Positions 49,594 to 60,335 of a stretch of 64,000 bases of DNA are shown piece after piece (the stretch's first letter is position 1; each line of letters opens with the position of its first letter). The notes beneath the pieces were generated by a model. It saw only the letters and a list, made by a program, of their open reading frames with translations. It was not told the origin of the DNA and did not search any database. This DNA comes from Methanobacteriota archaeon (GTDB lineage: Archaea > Halobacteriota > Bog-38 > Methanoflorentales > Methanoflorentaceae). Location of the stretch: assembly GCA_963719035.1 (NCBI GenBank), contig CAVRAO010000002.1, positions 544,001 to 608,000 on the forward strand, written 5' to 3'. Position numbers and translations under genes: made by a program.

Positions 49594-50394
49594 ATGAGTT
49601 ACAGGGGCAAGGCGCACGAAGCAATTATTGCGGAACTCGTTGACCAGATCAAAAAGGAGGGTTCTGTCCAAACCCTAGCAGTTGAATCCTACAAGAACCT
49701 CAAAGGGATTTCCGGAACGACTCACCAATTTGACGTCTACTGGGAGTTTCAAGCGAGGGGAAAAACACACAGATGCGCAATCGAGGCGAGATACTGGGAC
49801 AAACCAGTCAGTCTCCGAGAACTCGGCAGACTCCGAAAAGCTCTTAATGATGTGCAGGCTCCTCCAACAGGCATTTTTCTCGCGTCGAGCGGATTTGAGA
49901 AACACTCGCGTGGGTACGCACAGCATCAAAACATAGATGTGTGGGTTTATCCGTTCAGCATCAAAGCAGAAAACGAAGAGGTCACTTTTTTTGTCGCCAA
50001 ATTTGACCACGTGTCACCTGTTTTTGATGAAGTTTGGATAGATAAAGTCCTAAAACCAAAGCTCCAAGATGGAGCCCCCGTACCGGTAAACTTAGGGGGC
50101 ACCGACGAACAAACGCACCTATTTGATGAGCATTGCGCTGCTAAGACCGTGCGAGAGGTTCTTAACGAACACTACCTAGCAAAAATGACTGACGTGCCAG
50201 CTCACGAAATTTGCGTGCTGTTTGACAAGCCAACATATATCGAAACAGGCGATCCCGCTGCCCCTATGTTGAAATTAAACGGATTAGATGCAGTTTTTTC
50301 CATGACGTCACATGCAGAAGCGCTTCGACACGTATCGATGGATTATGCACGCCGTGCAGTCGAATTCATTGCTGTTCTTTTCAACGAGCGATAA
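49594..50394 (+). CDS. Mrr-like PD-(D/E)xK restriction endonuclease domain protein
   Basis: GISGTTHQFDVYWEF...AIEARYWDKPVS...GIFLASSGF...YA; start taken at MSYRGKAHE. Confidence 0.7.
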   Translation: MSYRGKAHEAIIAELVDQIKKEGSVQTLAVESYKNLKGISGTTHQFDVYWEFQARGKTHRCAIEARYWDKPVSLRELGRLRKALNDVQAPPTGIFLASSGFEKHSRGYAQHQNIDVWVYPFSIKAENEEVTFFVAKFDHVSPVFDEVWIDKVLKPKLQDGAPVPVNLGGTDEQTHLFDEHCAAKTVREVLNEHYLAKMTDVPAHEICVLFDKPTYIETGDPAAPMLKLNGLDAVFSMTSHAEALRHVSMDYARRAVEFIAVLFNER

Positions 50395-50715
50395 AAAAGG
50401 AGTCGTGATTGTGAGCGTCGCCAAATATAAAGACGAGATAAAAGTCGGGTCGACCTAAGTCATAGATCTGAACGATCCGCAGTTAAAGGTTCTCTGCTCG
50501 CGTGAGGTGCTGCTTCCTGATCTACATCACGTAGCATGACCGGAATTGCTCGTTGTTCTTCTTAACCCAAACCTGCTTAGTGGAATGTCAATGAAAAAAG
50601 GAACGAAAAATGTAGCTATGCGCCTAAGTAGGGTTATTACTTTAACTGTAGATGTCTATCCTAAGTACAGTATCTCTTTAGATAAAACGCCGCTATTGCG
50701 AAATGGGGTATATTA

Positions 50716-51239
50716 TTGAATTTGCTAGCCTCGATTGCTACTATGTTGGTACTCACAGAAGCTGGAGCTTATACTGTTTTTGAAAGTGAAACTGGATTTA
50801 AGCTTACGTGGCCAACGCGGTGCAAAACTGACCAGAGCGCGTCAACTGCTACAAAACTCTACATATACCTTGCCGATGACACGCCGGTCGACGCGATCAC
50901 CGTCAGCACTGACGAAAGTTTCAATGAGCGCGCGACGCTTGATACGGTCACTGAACGATATGCAGACGCCATAACAAGCTCTTACAAAGAACTCAAGGTG
51001 CTCTCTAAAGAACGTACAGACTTTGAGTGGGAATGCCGCATTTCGCACAATCTACAGAGGCACGCTCGCTGTCCAGTACCGACGACAATACCGTGCGAGA
51101 AGAGACGCTTAAAGTGAACCAGACGTGGACTCTCAGGAACGCACGGGTTTATACGCTTACATATAAAGCCCTCGCACAAGATTATAATCGGTACTGGCCA
51201 CAGGCGCGCTCGATAATGAAGTCATTCACGCTAGAGTGA
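50716..51239 (+). pseudogene. PsbP/DcrB-like exported protein, frameshifted
   Basis: GFKLTWP..., then TLSGNAAFRTIYRG in a second frame, then QTWTLRNARVYTLTYKA...Y..YWP..RSIMKSF in a third; +1 shifts near 51017 and 51080. Confidence 0.6.
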
Positions 51240-51431
51240 AACCTCTCTAGACGTTGATGCACCATCTACATTCGCTGTGCCATTAAAGATGCTAAACGTC
51301 TGAACGCGACAGAAGCGTTGAAGATGGACTCAATTTGTCGTCACAAAACCGCCCGACCAAAAGGTGTTTAGAGAGCGCGATTTTTTTCTATTGTGCGCGA
51401 AAGAACTTGCTAATCTAGCAGATGAAATAGG

Positions 51432-52265
51432 ATGAAAAGGTATTGCCCAAGTTGTGGAACCCCAATAACCAAACAGGCCAAATATTGCGAGCAATGTGGC
51501 CTGGCTTTGCGTCAAGCTCGTTCGCTTGCTAATTCAACAAGTGTTGTCAATCGTGACGATCGCGCTCAACTGACTGTGAGTCAAACAGGCCACACCAATC
51601 AAGCACTGGGAAACAAGGGAGCAACATCATCTCGTTGGAGGCGTGCACTCCTAGACCCGTCAACGCTCGCCCTTCTCGTTTCTAACGTCGTTGTCATAGC
51701 TTTTGCTTTCGATCAACAGTGGAGCCTGATAACGCTGCTATGGATTTATTGGGCGCAAAGCGTTATTATCGGCGTGTTTTACGTGTTTAAGATCCTCGAC
51801 TTGACGCATTTTTCGACAAACGGCTTCTACGTAAACGATAAGCCAGTTGCCCCCACAGAAGAGACAAAGCGGCAAACGGCGTTGTTTTTCGCCATTCACT
51901 ATGGGATTTTTCATCTCGTGTATTTCTTTTTTCTTGTAGTCTTCACATTTATCGGATTCTGGCAGGTTTCAGCTTACAGCACTGCTGCAGCTAGTGTTCT
52001 TTTTATTCTCGCCAGTATCGCCTTATTTTTTGCAAATCACCTCTACTCTTTTTTACACAACCGTGAACAGGAACGCGAACGGATAAGGAACATTGGCAGC
52101 GTGATGTTCTCCCCGTATGCACGAATTATTCCGATGCAGCTCACGCTTATTCTTGGCGTTTTCCTCGTTGACCAAGCGGCCCTAATCCTATTTCTTGCGT
52201 TAAAAACGGTCGCGGACGTCATTACGCACGTCGCAGAGCACGCTCAGGATCTACCAAGCGCGTAA
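51432..52265 (+). CDS. Zinc-ribbon + DUF6498-like membrane protein
   Basis: CPSCG...CEQCG; LLWIYWAQSVIIG, FFAIHYGIFH, MFSPYARIIPM. Confidence 0.75.
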   Translation: MKRYCPSCGTPITKQAKYCEQCGLALRQARSLANSTSVVNRDDRAQLTVSQTGHTNQALGNKGATSSRWRRALLDPSTLALLVSNVVVIAFAFDQQWSLITLLWIYWAQSVIIGVFYVFKILDLTHFSTNGFYVNDKPVAPTEETKRQTALFFAIHYGIFHLVYFFFLVVFTFIGFWQVSAYSTAAASVLFILASIALFFANHLYSFLHNREQERERIRNIGSVMFSPYARIIPMQLTLILGVFLVDQAALILFLALKTVADVITHVAEHAQDLPSA

Positions 52266-52510
52266 CAGTGCTCGGCCGGAGCGAAAAACAAGCGATCTTA
52301 TTTACGTTAAAATAGCGAATAGGAAGCCGCTCTAGAGTCAGTTATTCTTCGCGAAGGGTCCGCCCCCATTCACGAGACTGCGCGAAACGCAACAGAGCGG
52401 ATAAATAAACGTGAGTGACTTAACACAACGTATAGAGATGACCCATACACCTCTTCTAAACTTTTGCGCGCTAAGTGCAAAGCTAGGGCGAGCAGTCGTG
52501 AGACCCCCGC

Positions 52511-53944
52511 ATGCAACCCAACAATACCTTTAAGAAGCTTACCTTCTTTGACGTCACCAATTTGCTCGTCGGCGCCATCGTCGGCGCTGATATTTACGTT
52601 GTTGCCTCCTTGGGGAGCCAATATCTCGGGCCTGCAAGCCTTGTTGCGTGGATTGCCGCCGGAGCGATCGCCATCATCATAGCGCTCAACTTTGCTGAAT
52701 GCGCAACGCTCGTGCCACGGGTCGGCGGCGCCTATGCGTACGCACGGGAGGTGTGGGGAGATTTCGCGGGGTTTGCCGTCGGCTGGGCGCTCTGGCTCGC
52801 CGAGGTGGCGGCGCTCGCCGTTTTTCCCGTTGCCTTCGTGCAGTACTTCACGTTTTTCTTCCCCACCCTCACCACAGCAGAAGGCGCGGCCATTAAAGTG
52901 CTTTTCATCGCGTCGATCACCTACGTGAACATACGCGGGACAAAGATGGCAGGAAGAGCCAATGACGTTCTCACGATTGCGAAGCTCAGCCCTCTTCTGC
53001 TGTTAATCGTCGCGGGGTTGATCTACATGGCATTTAATCCGGCGGCCACCTATGCGAACTTCGTGCCCTTTGCCCCGCTCGGCTTCGATCACTTTGGACA
53101 GGCGCTCATTTTGATCTTCTGGGCGTACGCAGGATTTGAACTCGCAGTTATTCCGTCGAACGAGATTGAAAATCCGACCCGGACGATACCCAAAGCTATC
53201 ATTGTCGGAATGGCGATAGTCACGCTGTTCTACCTGTTGACGAACTTCGTCATCATCGGCGTTGTTAACTGGACGTCGCTGCAGTTCGATCCCGCACCCC
53301 TTGCCACCGCTGGCAGCGTGGCGTTTTCGCTGACGCCCACGCTGGCGCTGGTCGGCGGCCTCGTGCTCGGCGTTGGCGCGCTCATATCCGTTTCCGGGTC
53401 CGATGAGTCGGGCACGTTGTCGACATCCCGACTGTCCTATGCCATCTCACTCGACGGTCTCTTTCCACGTTTTTTCAGCGACCTTCACGCGCGATACGGC
53501 ACGCCGCATAAGAGTCTCATCGCCCAAGGCGTTCTCGCGTTGGGCCTCTCGCTGTTCGGGGGCTTGACTCAGCTCATCCTCTTTTCGACCTTTAACCTTG
53601 CGTTCGTGTATCTCACCACTTGTGCAGTGGTTCTCGCGCTGCGAGAGCGAGGACGGATTAAAGCCGGCCGCACCCTCACTGAAAAGATGACCGGACCGAT
53701 TCTCCCTGTCGCGGGCATACTCTTGTCGGCGCTTTTGATCTTTGAAAGCGGCATAACAACGGTCATTTTTGGACTCATAACGATTGCAATAGGGGTCCCT
53801 ATTTACGCGTTCTATTCACCACGGAGCGAGTTAGGGGTCGTTAAAGCGACGTTTTATTCCACGGAAGCTATACTTGCGCGAGTTGCGCGGACGCAGCGGG
53901 TCTTTCTGGGATATTTGTTACGACTAGTAACGCCCCGACGCTGA
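52511..53944 (+). CDS. APC-family amino acid permease
   Basis: GAIVGADIY, PRVGGAYAYA, WAYAGFE, EIENP.RTIPKA, DGLFP. Confidence 0.9.
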   Translation: MQPNNTFKKLTFFDVTNLLVGAIVGADIYVVASLGSQYLGPASLVAWIAAGAIAIIIALNFAECATLVPRVGGAYAYAREVWGDFAGFAVGWALWLAEVAALAVFPVAFVQYFTFFFPTLTTAEGAAIKVLFIASITYVNIRGTKMAGRANDVLTIAKLSPLLLLIVAGLIYMAFNPAATYANFVPFAPLGFDHFGQALILIFWAYAGFELAVIPSNEIENPTRTIPKAIIVGMAIVTLFYLLTNFVIIGVVNWTSLQFDPAPLATAGSVAFSLTPTLALVGGLVLGVGALISVSGSDESGTLSTSRLSYAISLDGLFPRFFSDLHARYGTPHKSLIAQGVLALGLSLFGGLTQLILFSTFNLAFVYLTTCAVVLALRERGRIKAGRTLTEKMTGPILPVAGILLSALLIFESGITTVIFGLITIAIGVPIYAFYSPRSELGVVKATFYSTEAILARVARTQRVFLGYLLRLVTPRR

Positions 53945-54228
53945 CTCTAGCCCCGCAGATGGCGCCAATTTCGCTCTGCTCAGTGAGCTGCTTGACCGCA
54001 CGGCGACTTTTCTACCGTTGAAAACGAGCTAGCGTGTCAGCAAATCCTCATCGCGGTTTGCTCCGGCATGGGCCAGCCGGAAGACAACCGGAACTGCACT
54101 AAAAGGAGGCCACAAGCTACGTGTTTGCGCCCTGGCACCGGCTCAGAAAGGCTTAAGCTTATTCTCGCTCATGCAACATACTTGATTAATTCTTTTGAAA
54201 TCACAGGACGTTGAAGAAGGCGAAACGG

Positions 54229-54771
54229 ATGGCAAAAAAAACGGTAGCGATCATTGCGCTGCTTATTATCGCGTCTCTATCAGTCGCCGGCTGCACGAAG
54301 TCGACCACGACCGCGCCAGCGACGCCCCCCGACTCGCAGCTGGCGCAATACATCGCGCGATATAACGCCACGTTAAATAGTGAACACCTGAACAACGTGA
54401 CGGCGTGGCGTGTCATCCCCATAAATGCGACGTCTGCGAAGATACAGGATGCCTGGACGTACCCGTCGCCTACAAACAGTGCAGTAAGCGTCACTTACAG
54501 TGAAAACGTCACGCTAATTAGGTTCAATTCTCCTGAGCAGGCGACAACATTCGTTAGCAACCAGAGTGCGGGCTACCGATTAGTAGCGACCTCGTTTCCG
54601 AATAAGCTCAGTCCCGAAGCGAATCAGCGGGCGAAAGGAAACGGCACGAGCGTTTATGCCATTTATGATACAGGTTCCTCACTAGGGACTGTAGCCAAGC
54701 TGATTGTCCAGACCGATCAATACGTTTGGATTGGCGACTATCAATACTTTGAATACTTGCCATCGCCCTGA
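54229..54771 (+). CDS. Lipoprotein
   Basis: MAKKTVAIIALLIIASLSVAGC lipobox followed by a Thr/Pro linker. Confidence 0.8.
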   Translation: MAKKTVAIIALLIIASLSVAGCTKSTTTAPATPPDSQLAQYIARYNATLNSEHLNNVTAWRVIPINATSAKIQDAWTYPSPTNSAVSVTYSENVTLIRFNSPEQATTFVSNQSAGYRLVATSFPNKLSPEANQRAKGNGTSVYAIYDTGSSLGTVAKLIVQTDQYVWIGDYQYFEYLPSP

Positions 54772-54979
54772 CAGGCTGACGCCGGTCTTGCATACGCGTT
54801 CTTGCCCATGTTGAAGCTCAGCTCAGTGTGAACAAGAAGCTCTCGAGTGCGGCTCACGGTTGTCTTCAAACGGTGCGCCTAAATGGTCACGGTCAAAAGA
54901 ACATACTTAAACGGTAGTACTTCTTTTTATGTCTCTGTTTTTGTTAGTCTTGAAACGAACGAGCTGGGAGGTCGAGCGC

Positions 54980-55606
54980 GTGATACGAAAAGTCGCGATA
55001 ATGTGCGTCGTGCTGGCGCTCGTGAGCGTTCTTGCGGTAGTGGCCGGTTGCACTTCTGCAAACCCCGCAAGCCCAACCCCGTCGACGCAAACAGGAACGG
55101 CCACAACCAACGCTAGCGCCACGCCATCGCCCACTAACCGCCAACCCACAACAATTCCGATCATACCATTTCCGATTGTGACGCCCTCACCCGCCTCCAC
55201 CCCGGCCGGGGCCCGGGTCGCCACAACCCTCCGCGTTTGGGAGGGATATATGGGCCAGCCCGCGTTTTGGCTTGACTATCCGATGTATTACGTGGCACTC
55301 AAGCAGGGAGGCTCTGAGCAAGTCCGCTATGTGATAAACGGCGCGGATGGAAAACACCCGTGTGGCTTGGCGAACTACTACATAGATAACCAGGCAGCAG
55401 GCGGCACGTGGGATATCACAAAGCCACAGCCCCAATATTGGCAAGGTTGTCCCGGAGGACTGCCAGGTGGAGCCGGAGGGCTCTACCTATACCCCAATGA
55501 CACGGCAAAGTTTGCGGTCGGATGGCACACGCTGAAAATAGACTACCTAGGAGATAGCACCTACGCGCCCTCACAATTCGTGGCCCCATTTTTGGTGGTG
55601 CCATAA
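54980..55606 (+). CDS. Lipoprotein with Thr/Pro linker and Ig-like C-terminal domain
   Basis: GGAGGT RBS, VVAGC lipobox, GWHTLKIDYLGDSTYAPS (Big_3-like). Confidence 0.75.
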   Translation: MIRKVAIMCVVLALVSVLAVVAGCTSANPASPTPSTQTGTATTNASATPSPTNRQPTTIPIIPFPIVTPSPASTPAGARVATTLRVWEGYMGQPAFWLDYPMYYVALKQGGSEQVRYVINGADGKHPCGLANYYIDNQAAGGTWDITKPQPQYWQGCPGGLPGGAGGLYLYPNDTAKFAVGWHTLKIDYLGDSTYAPSQFVAPFLVVP

Positions 55607-55709
55607 ATCAACAATTGAAAATATATGGGCAGAAGCGGCATAAAACCGCATCGAAACGCTTGGCGGCCTACAAAAAGAGCTTAAGAACAGCGTGCCGCAC
55701 CATTTAATC

Positions 55710-55749
55710 AAAAAAAAGGCGCTGTAGCGAAAGCTTTGCAGCGCGTTTT
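55710..55749. terminator. Bidirectional hairpin terminator
   Basis: A8-GG-CGCTGTAGC-GAAA-GCTTTGCAGCG-CG-TTTT between convergent genes. Confidence 0.6.
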
Positions 55750-55752
55750 CGT

Positions 55753-55908
55753 CTAGTTCTTATGAGCGGTCGGTCGAAGCACGCTGTTCACGGCATTGGC
55801 GAGGCGCTCTGCACATTTGTTGCAGTTCGGATCGTTGGTCGTGTTCACGCAGCCGAACGAAGTCCATACAGACAGGCGTTTTTTTTAATGGAATGTGTTC
55901 GTTGCCAT
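55753..55908 (-). pseudogene. Paralogue of the 4-Cys microprotein (compensating indels or stop)
   Basis: MATNT../NACLYGL/FGCVNTTNDPNCNKCAERLANAV; shares ttgcagttcggatcgtt with the copy at about 49095. Confidence 0.55.
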
Positions 55909-55981
55909 CACGCTCACTCTGATTTAAGCTGCACAGAAAAATCGTATAAGGTCGCGTGAGGCAGCGATTTCGTGGAAAAGC

Positions 55982-56002
55982 GTGACAGCGTGTCTGTGTC
56001 AC
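55982..56002. promoter_or_regulatory. Palindromic operator-like site GTGACA-N9-TGTCAC (copy 2)
   Basis: gtgaca gcgtgtctg tgtcac. Confidence 0.6.
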
Positions 56003-56101
56003 ACACGGCGTGAGTCGGCGAGATTCGCAAACAGCGAAATTTAACTACTTGCGCGCCGCTCTTAGCGAATAAACATCCAGGTTCACAACTCGTTTTCGAC
56101 T

Positions 56102-56341
56102 ATGAACAGCGACTGCATAGAAGTCGATGAGCTTATACTAAAACTAGCGGATTACAAAAATGACTATACCGACGTGGCGGCCGAAAAGCGGTTACGCAAG
56201 TGCTCGCGTTCTTGGGAAGCGTACCAGTATCTGGAGAACCATGAGCACGACGCGTGGCTTCCAGACAGCGCACGGCAACAATTAATGCGGAGTATAAACC
56301 GGATACGGGTGCGAATGCGTCAGCAGTATGAGTACGGTTGA
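56102..56341 (+). CDS. Hypothetical protein
   Basis: 79-aa ORF with ATG start and helical, charged composition. Confidence 0.5.
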   Translation: MNSDCIEVDELILKLADYKNDYTDVAAEKRLRKCSRSWEAYQYLENHEHDAWLPDSARQQLMRSINRIRVRMRQQYEYG

Positions 56342-56436
56342 GTCTATCACTACGCGACCACTCTGAAGTTAAATCGGCAACGTTAGAGGATCTGCTGAAC
56401 TGACTACAGACGTCGGGGGCTTCAGCTCAACTGTTT

Positions 56437-57093
56437 TCACTTGAGAATTATCTCTTCGACGGCACGTCTCTTTCGCGGAGCGGGAGCCTCATCAGGGTAA
56501 CCGAGCGGTAGCAGAGCAACTACATGGATGTTATTTTTCCAGCCAAAGATGGCTTTAATTTTCTGTTCGTCGAGCATCCTTACCCAACAACTTCCCAAGC
56601 CAAAATCCAAGGCCCTCAATACAATATGCTCAATAGCAATTGCAACATTGAAAGCGATGCCTGGCGCTAGCTCCTGGACATTCATGGTTTTAAGTTGTTC
56701 GGCTCGTTCACGAAGAACACGCATCATTGTCTCCTCAAGCGCCCCCTCCTTTCCAAATTCCTGACTTCTAGCTGTGATTCCTTCAAAATAGCCGTGCAGG
56801 TCTGCACAACAGACAAGCACAACGGGCGCCTGCGCAACAAACGATTGGTGATAGGCAGCTTCCGCCAATTTCGCCTTTTTCTCGTCGTCTAAAACTATCT
56901 TAAACCGCCACGGTTGTGTATTGGAAGCTGATGGCGCTAGTCTCGCAGCTTCGATCAGTGCCATAATATACTCATCTGGCACGGGATCCCGCTTAAATTT
57001 CCTTATACTGCGCCTTTTTTCGATAGCGTCCTTTGTTGGTAAATTCAGTGTGGCCATATCGGACAGGTTTCTCTCGCTTCGCATCTCCTTCAT
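56437..57093 (-). CDS. Nitroreductase family protein
   Basis: RRSIRKF, APSASNTQPWRF, GLGSCWV, LGYP. Confidence 0.92.
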   Translation of the reverse strand: MKEMRSERNLSDMATLNLPTKDAIEKRRSIRKFKRDPVPDEYIMALIEAARLAPSASNTQPWRFKIVLDDEKKAKLAEAAYHQSFVAQAPVVLVCCADLHGYFEGITARSQEFGKEGALEETMMRVLRERAEQLKTMNVQELAPGIAFNVAIAIEHIVLRALDFGLGSCWVRMLDEQKIKAIFGWKNNIHVVALLPLGYPDEAPAPRKRRAVEEIILK

Positions 57094-57175
57094 TGCTTTA
57101 GTATCTATGCGCTAAACATTTAAAAAGTATAATGGACTCAAATCAGCCGAGGCATACAAGATACTGCAACCGTCG

Positions 57176-57463
57176 TCAGACCAATGATGCGTCCTTGCAG
57201 ATCACTTGTGCGCGTGCCTTACCTACCGAGGTCAATCGGGCACTACTCTGGATAGTGTAAGTTGAGCCTTTGACTTCGATCCACCCGTCCTCAACAAGGC
57301 GCTCGAGAAAGTCTTGTATTTCATCTTCACTGCAACCTGTTTTTCGCGCTGCTTCTGGAACGACCAGCCAGCCACCTGTATCGCTTTGACCTTCTTCAAA
57401 ATTCAAGCGCGCTAATTGACAGAAAAAATAATCTCGACGATTTTTTTCATCGGCGCCTTCCAT
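57176..57463 (-). CDS. Small winged-helix-like protein
   Basis: AARKTGCSEDEIQDFLERLVEDGWIE...RLTSVG pattern. Confidence 0.55.
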   Translation of the reverse strand: MEGADEKNRRDYFFCQLARLNFEEGQSDTGGWLVVPEAARKTGCSEDEIQDFLERLVEDGWIEVKGSTYTIQSSARLTSVGKARAQVICKDASLV

Positions 57464-57704
57464 ATCTAGCTTCCTTTTTACGTTGCTCTGAATTGCGTCA
57501 GTACTAATGACCCCTCCAGCGTCCTCGAATTAGACGCATGCAGTAATCAGAATTACCCTACCTTATCGCAATTTCTCTTTATGAATAAGAATCTTGCACG
57601 ATCAGATTCCGCTTCAGACAGCAAAAACCAAGGAAAAAGAGGAATACGGGTCGTAATTTTTTAGAAGATACAGCTTGCGAAGACGGATCACACTCGCGCT
57701 TAAA

Positions 57705-59954
57705 TTATTTCTCAACAATCGGGAGCTTCACCGTGAAGGTCGATCCTTTTCCCACCTCACTCTCAACGATTATTTCCCCACCGTGCGCTTCAACGATCCG
57801 CTTTACCACTGCGAGTCCGAGTCCCGTCCCCTTGGCCTTGCCCGTAAAAAGGGGCTTAAAGAGCTTGTCTTTGAAGTCCTCGCGGATTCCAGTTCCCGTA
57901 TCGCTCACACGCACTGCAATTGCGCCGTCTTCCGAAAACGCATCAACGTTGAGTTTCCCTCCGCCCGGCATCGCCTGCGTGGCGTTGAGGAGGAGATTTG
58001 CAAATACACGATGGAGGAGGAGAGGATCTGCCATCACGTGCAGATTTGGAATCCGCACCTCAATACGCACATCGTCTGTCGGCGGCAGTGATTTGATAAC
58101 GTCTTCGATTAACCCCTTTATATCGACCGCTTCGTTCTCAGGGACGATCGGACGTGCAAAGTCTTGGAGATCGCCGACGATCTTGTTCATGTAGAAAACT
58201 TGTTCGCTAATTTTGTCAAAAAGCTCAGATTCCCTTTCCCAATCGTCAGGACCGCGTTGCTCGGAAGGGATTCGCTCGATGCGGAGCCTTTGCAGGTCAA
58301 CGACATATTGGAGGACTTGTAACGGATTTCTGAGATCGTGACCTATCATCGCGGCGGTCTCGCCGATGCCTGCTAAGCGTTCGGCATTTTTGAGCGCCTC
58401 TTCCGTCTTTTTAAGCTCGGTAAAGTCAATGCCGACAGCTAAGTGTCCTGTGGGCCGCCCATCTCTGTCGCTGAGCCTCTCGTTAGCCCACTGGATCCAC
58501 ACGCGCTGTCCGTCCTTCGTGACGTTCTCGTTGAGGGTGATAGGATAATCAGCAGGGGAAGTTAGGATGCTGTTGACAAGGGGCTTGAGCGGTCTTCCAG
58601 TGCTCTCCACCTCCGGAACGATGATCATAACGTCTTGCCCGATAAGTTCGTCGGGCAAGTAGCCGAAGAAGCTGGCTCCGTAGTCGTTAATGAACGTAAG
58701 AATGCCTTCTGTGTTGGTTGTAAGGATGATGTTGTTTGCAGTTTCGACAAGCGTACGGAACTGCTGCTCGCTCTCTTTGAGCCGGGCAGTCCGCTCGTCG
58801 ACAAGCGCTTCGAGATGCCCAGAGTAACGCTGTAATTCCCCTTCTGCCCGCTTCAGTTCGGTAAGATCTCTCGCTGCAGCAAACACTCCTTGAACCTTGC
58901 CAGCTTCATCCTGGTATACCGTGGCGTTGTACATTACGTCAGTGATGCTCCCGGACTTATTTTGAATTGCCAACGCGTAGTCCTTGACAAAACCATCGGC
59001 GAACACCTGCTGGTACCCTCTGCGTGCCACTTCGGGTTCAGTAAAGTAGTCGCTGAAGTCACTGCCGATAAGCTCGTCACGAGCGTACCCGGTCACCTCT
59101 TCCGTAGCCTTGTTGGCGTCGGTGATCTTACCTTCGGCATTGATGGTGACGAGGGGGTCGAGACTCGCTTCGATGAGGCTTCTCGCGTAGAGAGATGCTG
59201 CACGGAGTTTCTCTTCGGCTTGCTGCCGATCGGTGATGTCTCTTGTCGTCTCGAGAATTGCGACCGGAACATTCCGCGCACCGTACTGCAAAGTCCAGTT
59301 GCTACTGACCGTGATCCCGGCGCCGGCGCGCCTAGTTTGTCGTAGCTCTCCCTCCCATCGCCCTGTGCGGAAGAGGTAGTCGGTGATCTCCTCAAGAGAT
59401 GCGGGAAATACGGTCTTCAGCACCGAATGAATCAGTTCCCCTCGTACGTCGTCTTGCTTCCATCCGTACTGTCGTTCCGCACCCTTGTTCCAATACTTAA
59501 TATGCCCATCGAGATCAAAGATGATGATTGCATCATTCGCTGCGTCAAGCATATCGAGGAGCAGTTGTTCATCAATGGCATCGCGTTCCTCTGTCACATC
59601 GTGTCCGAGCATGAGCACGCGCGTGACAGAGCCGTTCCTCATCGTCACAGGATAGAGGGACACTCGAAAACGCCGCCCTTCATGAAGCTCCTCAGCGTGT
59701 ATTGGCGCTCGTGAGGACGCCACTTCTTTCATCCACTTCCTTCGCATCCCTGCTACATCAGCGGGATGAGCATCGTACGCGCAGGTGCCGACAAGCGCGG
59801 CTGCACCAGTGCTAAATCGCTCCAAGGCTGCGTCGTTGACGGCGAGTACCATTCCGTCAGCGTCCATAAGCAACGCCGCGTCAGAAAAAACGCTGAGGAA
59901 GTCTGGAACTATTTCAAATAGATCCGCTGATCCATCGCTGCGCGGTTTGATCAC
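57705..59954 (-). CDS. Multi-PAS sensor histidine kinase (soluble)
   Basis: Four PAS/PAC repeats; H-box IGHDLRNPL, N-box NLLLNA, DTGTG, GTGLGL. Confidence 0.92.
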   Translation of the reverse strand: MIKPRSDGSADLFEIVPDFLSVFSDAALLMDADGMVLAVNDAALERFSTGAAALVGTCAYDAHPADVAGMRRKWMKEVASSRAPIHAEELHEGRRFRVSLYPVTMRNGSVTRVLMLGHDVTEERDAIDEQLLLDMLDAANDAIIIFDLDGHIKYWNKGAERQYGWKQDDVRGELIHSVLKTVFPASLEEITDYLFRTGRWEGELRQTRRAGAGITVSSNWTLQYGARNVPVAILETTRDITDRQQAEEKLRAASLYARSLIEASLDPLVTINAEGKITDANKATEEVTGYARDELIGSDFSDYFTEPEVARRGYQQVFADGFVKDYALAIQNKSGSITDVMYNATVYQDEAGKVQGVFAAARDLTELKRAEGELQRYSGHLEALVDERTARLKESEQQFRTLVETANNIILTTNTEGILTFINDYGASFFGYLPDELIGQDVMIIVPEVESTGRPLKPLVNSILTSPADYPITLNENVTKDGQRVWIQWANERLSDRDGRPTGHLAVGIDFTELKKTEEALKNAERLAGIGETAAMIGHDLRNPLQVLQYVVDLQRLRIERIPSEQRGPDDWERESELFDKISEQVFYMNKIVGDLQDFARPIVPENEAVDIKGLIEDVIKSLPPTDDVRIEVRIPNLHVMADPLLLHRVFANLLLNATQAMPGGGKLNVDAFSEDGAIAVRVSDTGTGIREDFKDKLFKPLFTGKAKGTGLGLAVVKRIVEAHGGEIIVESEVGKGSTFTVKLPIVEK

Positions 59955-60080
59955 TGCCTTATCACCAATAGCCGTTCAGTCGTGATCGAATGTCTAGCTG
60001 CCAACAAACGTTACTTTCGCGAATATAAGGTTTCACCCATGAAAAACAGCCGCGACCGGCTATTTCTGCAGCTTACAAGA

Positions 60081-60335
60081 TTACGAAGGCTCTGTGTGCT
60101 CGGCATCGTCTTTTTTCAACCGCTCGTAGAGTTCTGGGCCGACGCACTCTTTCGCATAAGCACACCAATGGACGCACATGTTCATTTCATTAAAAACCTC
60201 TAGTCCACACTTGCTGCATCGTACTTTGACATCTGACGAAAAAATCTCAATATCCTCATTACATCGCGGGCATTTCTTGATTGTAAGGGTCGGCGTACGT
60301 AAGCGCGACGCCCCTGGACAACTGCCGAACATCAT
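60081..60335 (-). CDS. Small Cys-rich zinc-ribbon protein
   Basis: CPG...CPRC.EDIEIFSSD...CSKCG...CVHWC.YA.EC. Confidence 0.75.
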   Translation of the reverse strand: MMFGSCPGASRLRTPTLTIKKCPRCNEDIEIFSSDVKVRCSKCGLEVFNEMNMCVHWCAYAKECVGPELYERLKKDDAEHTEPS

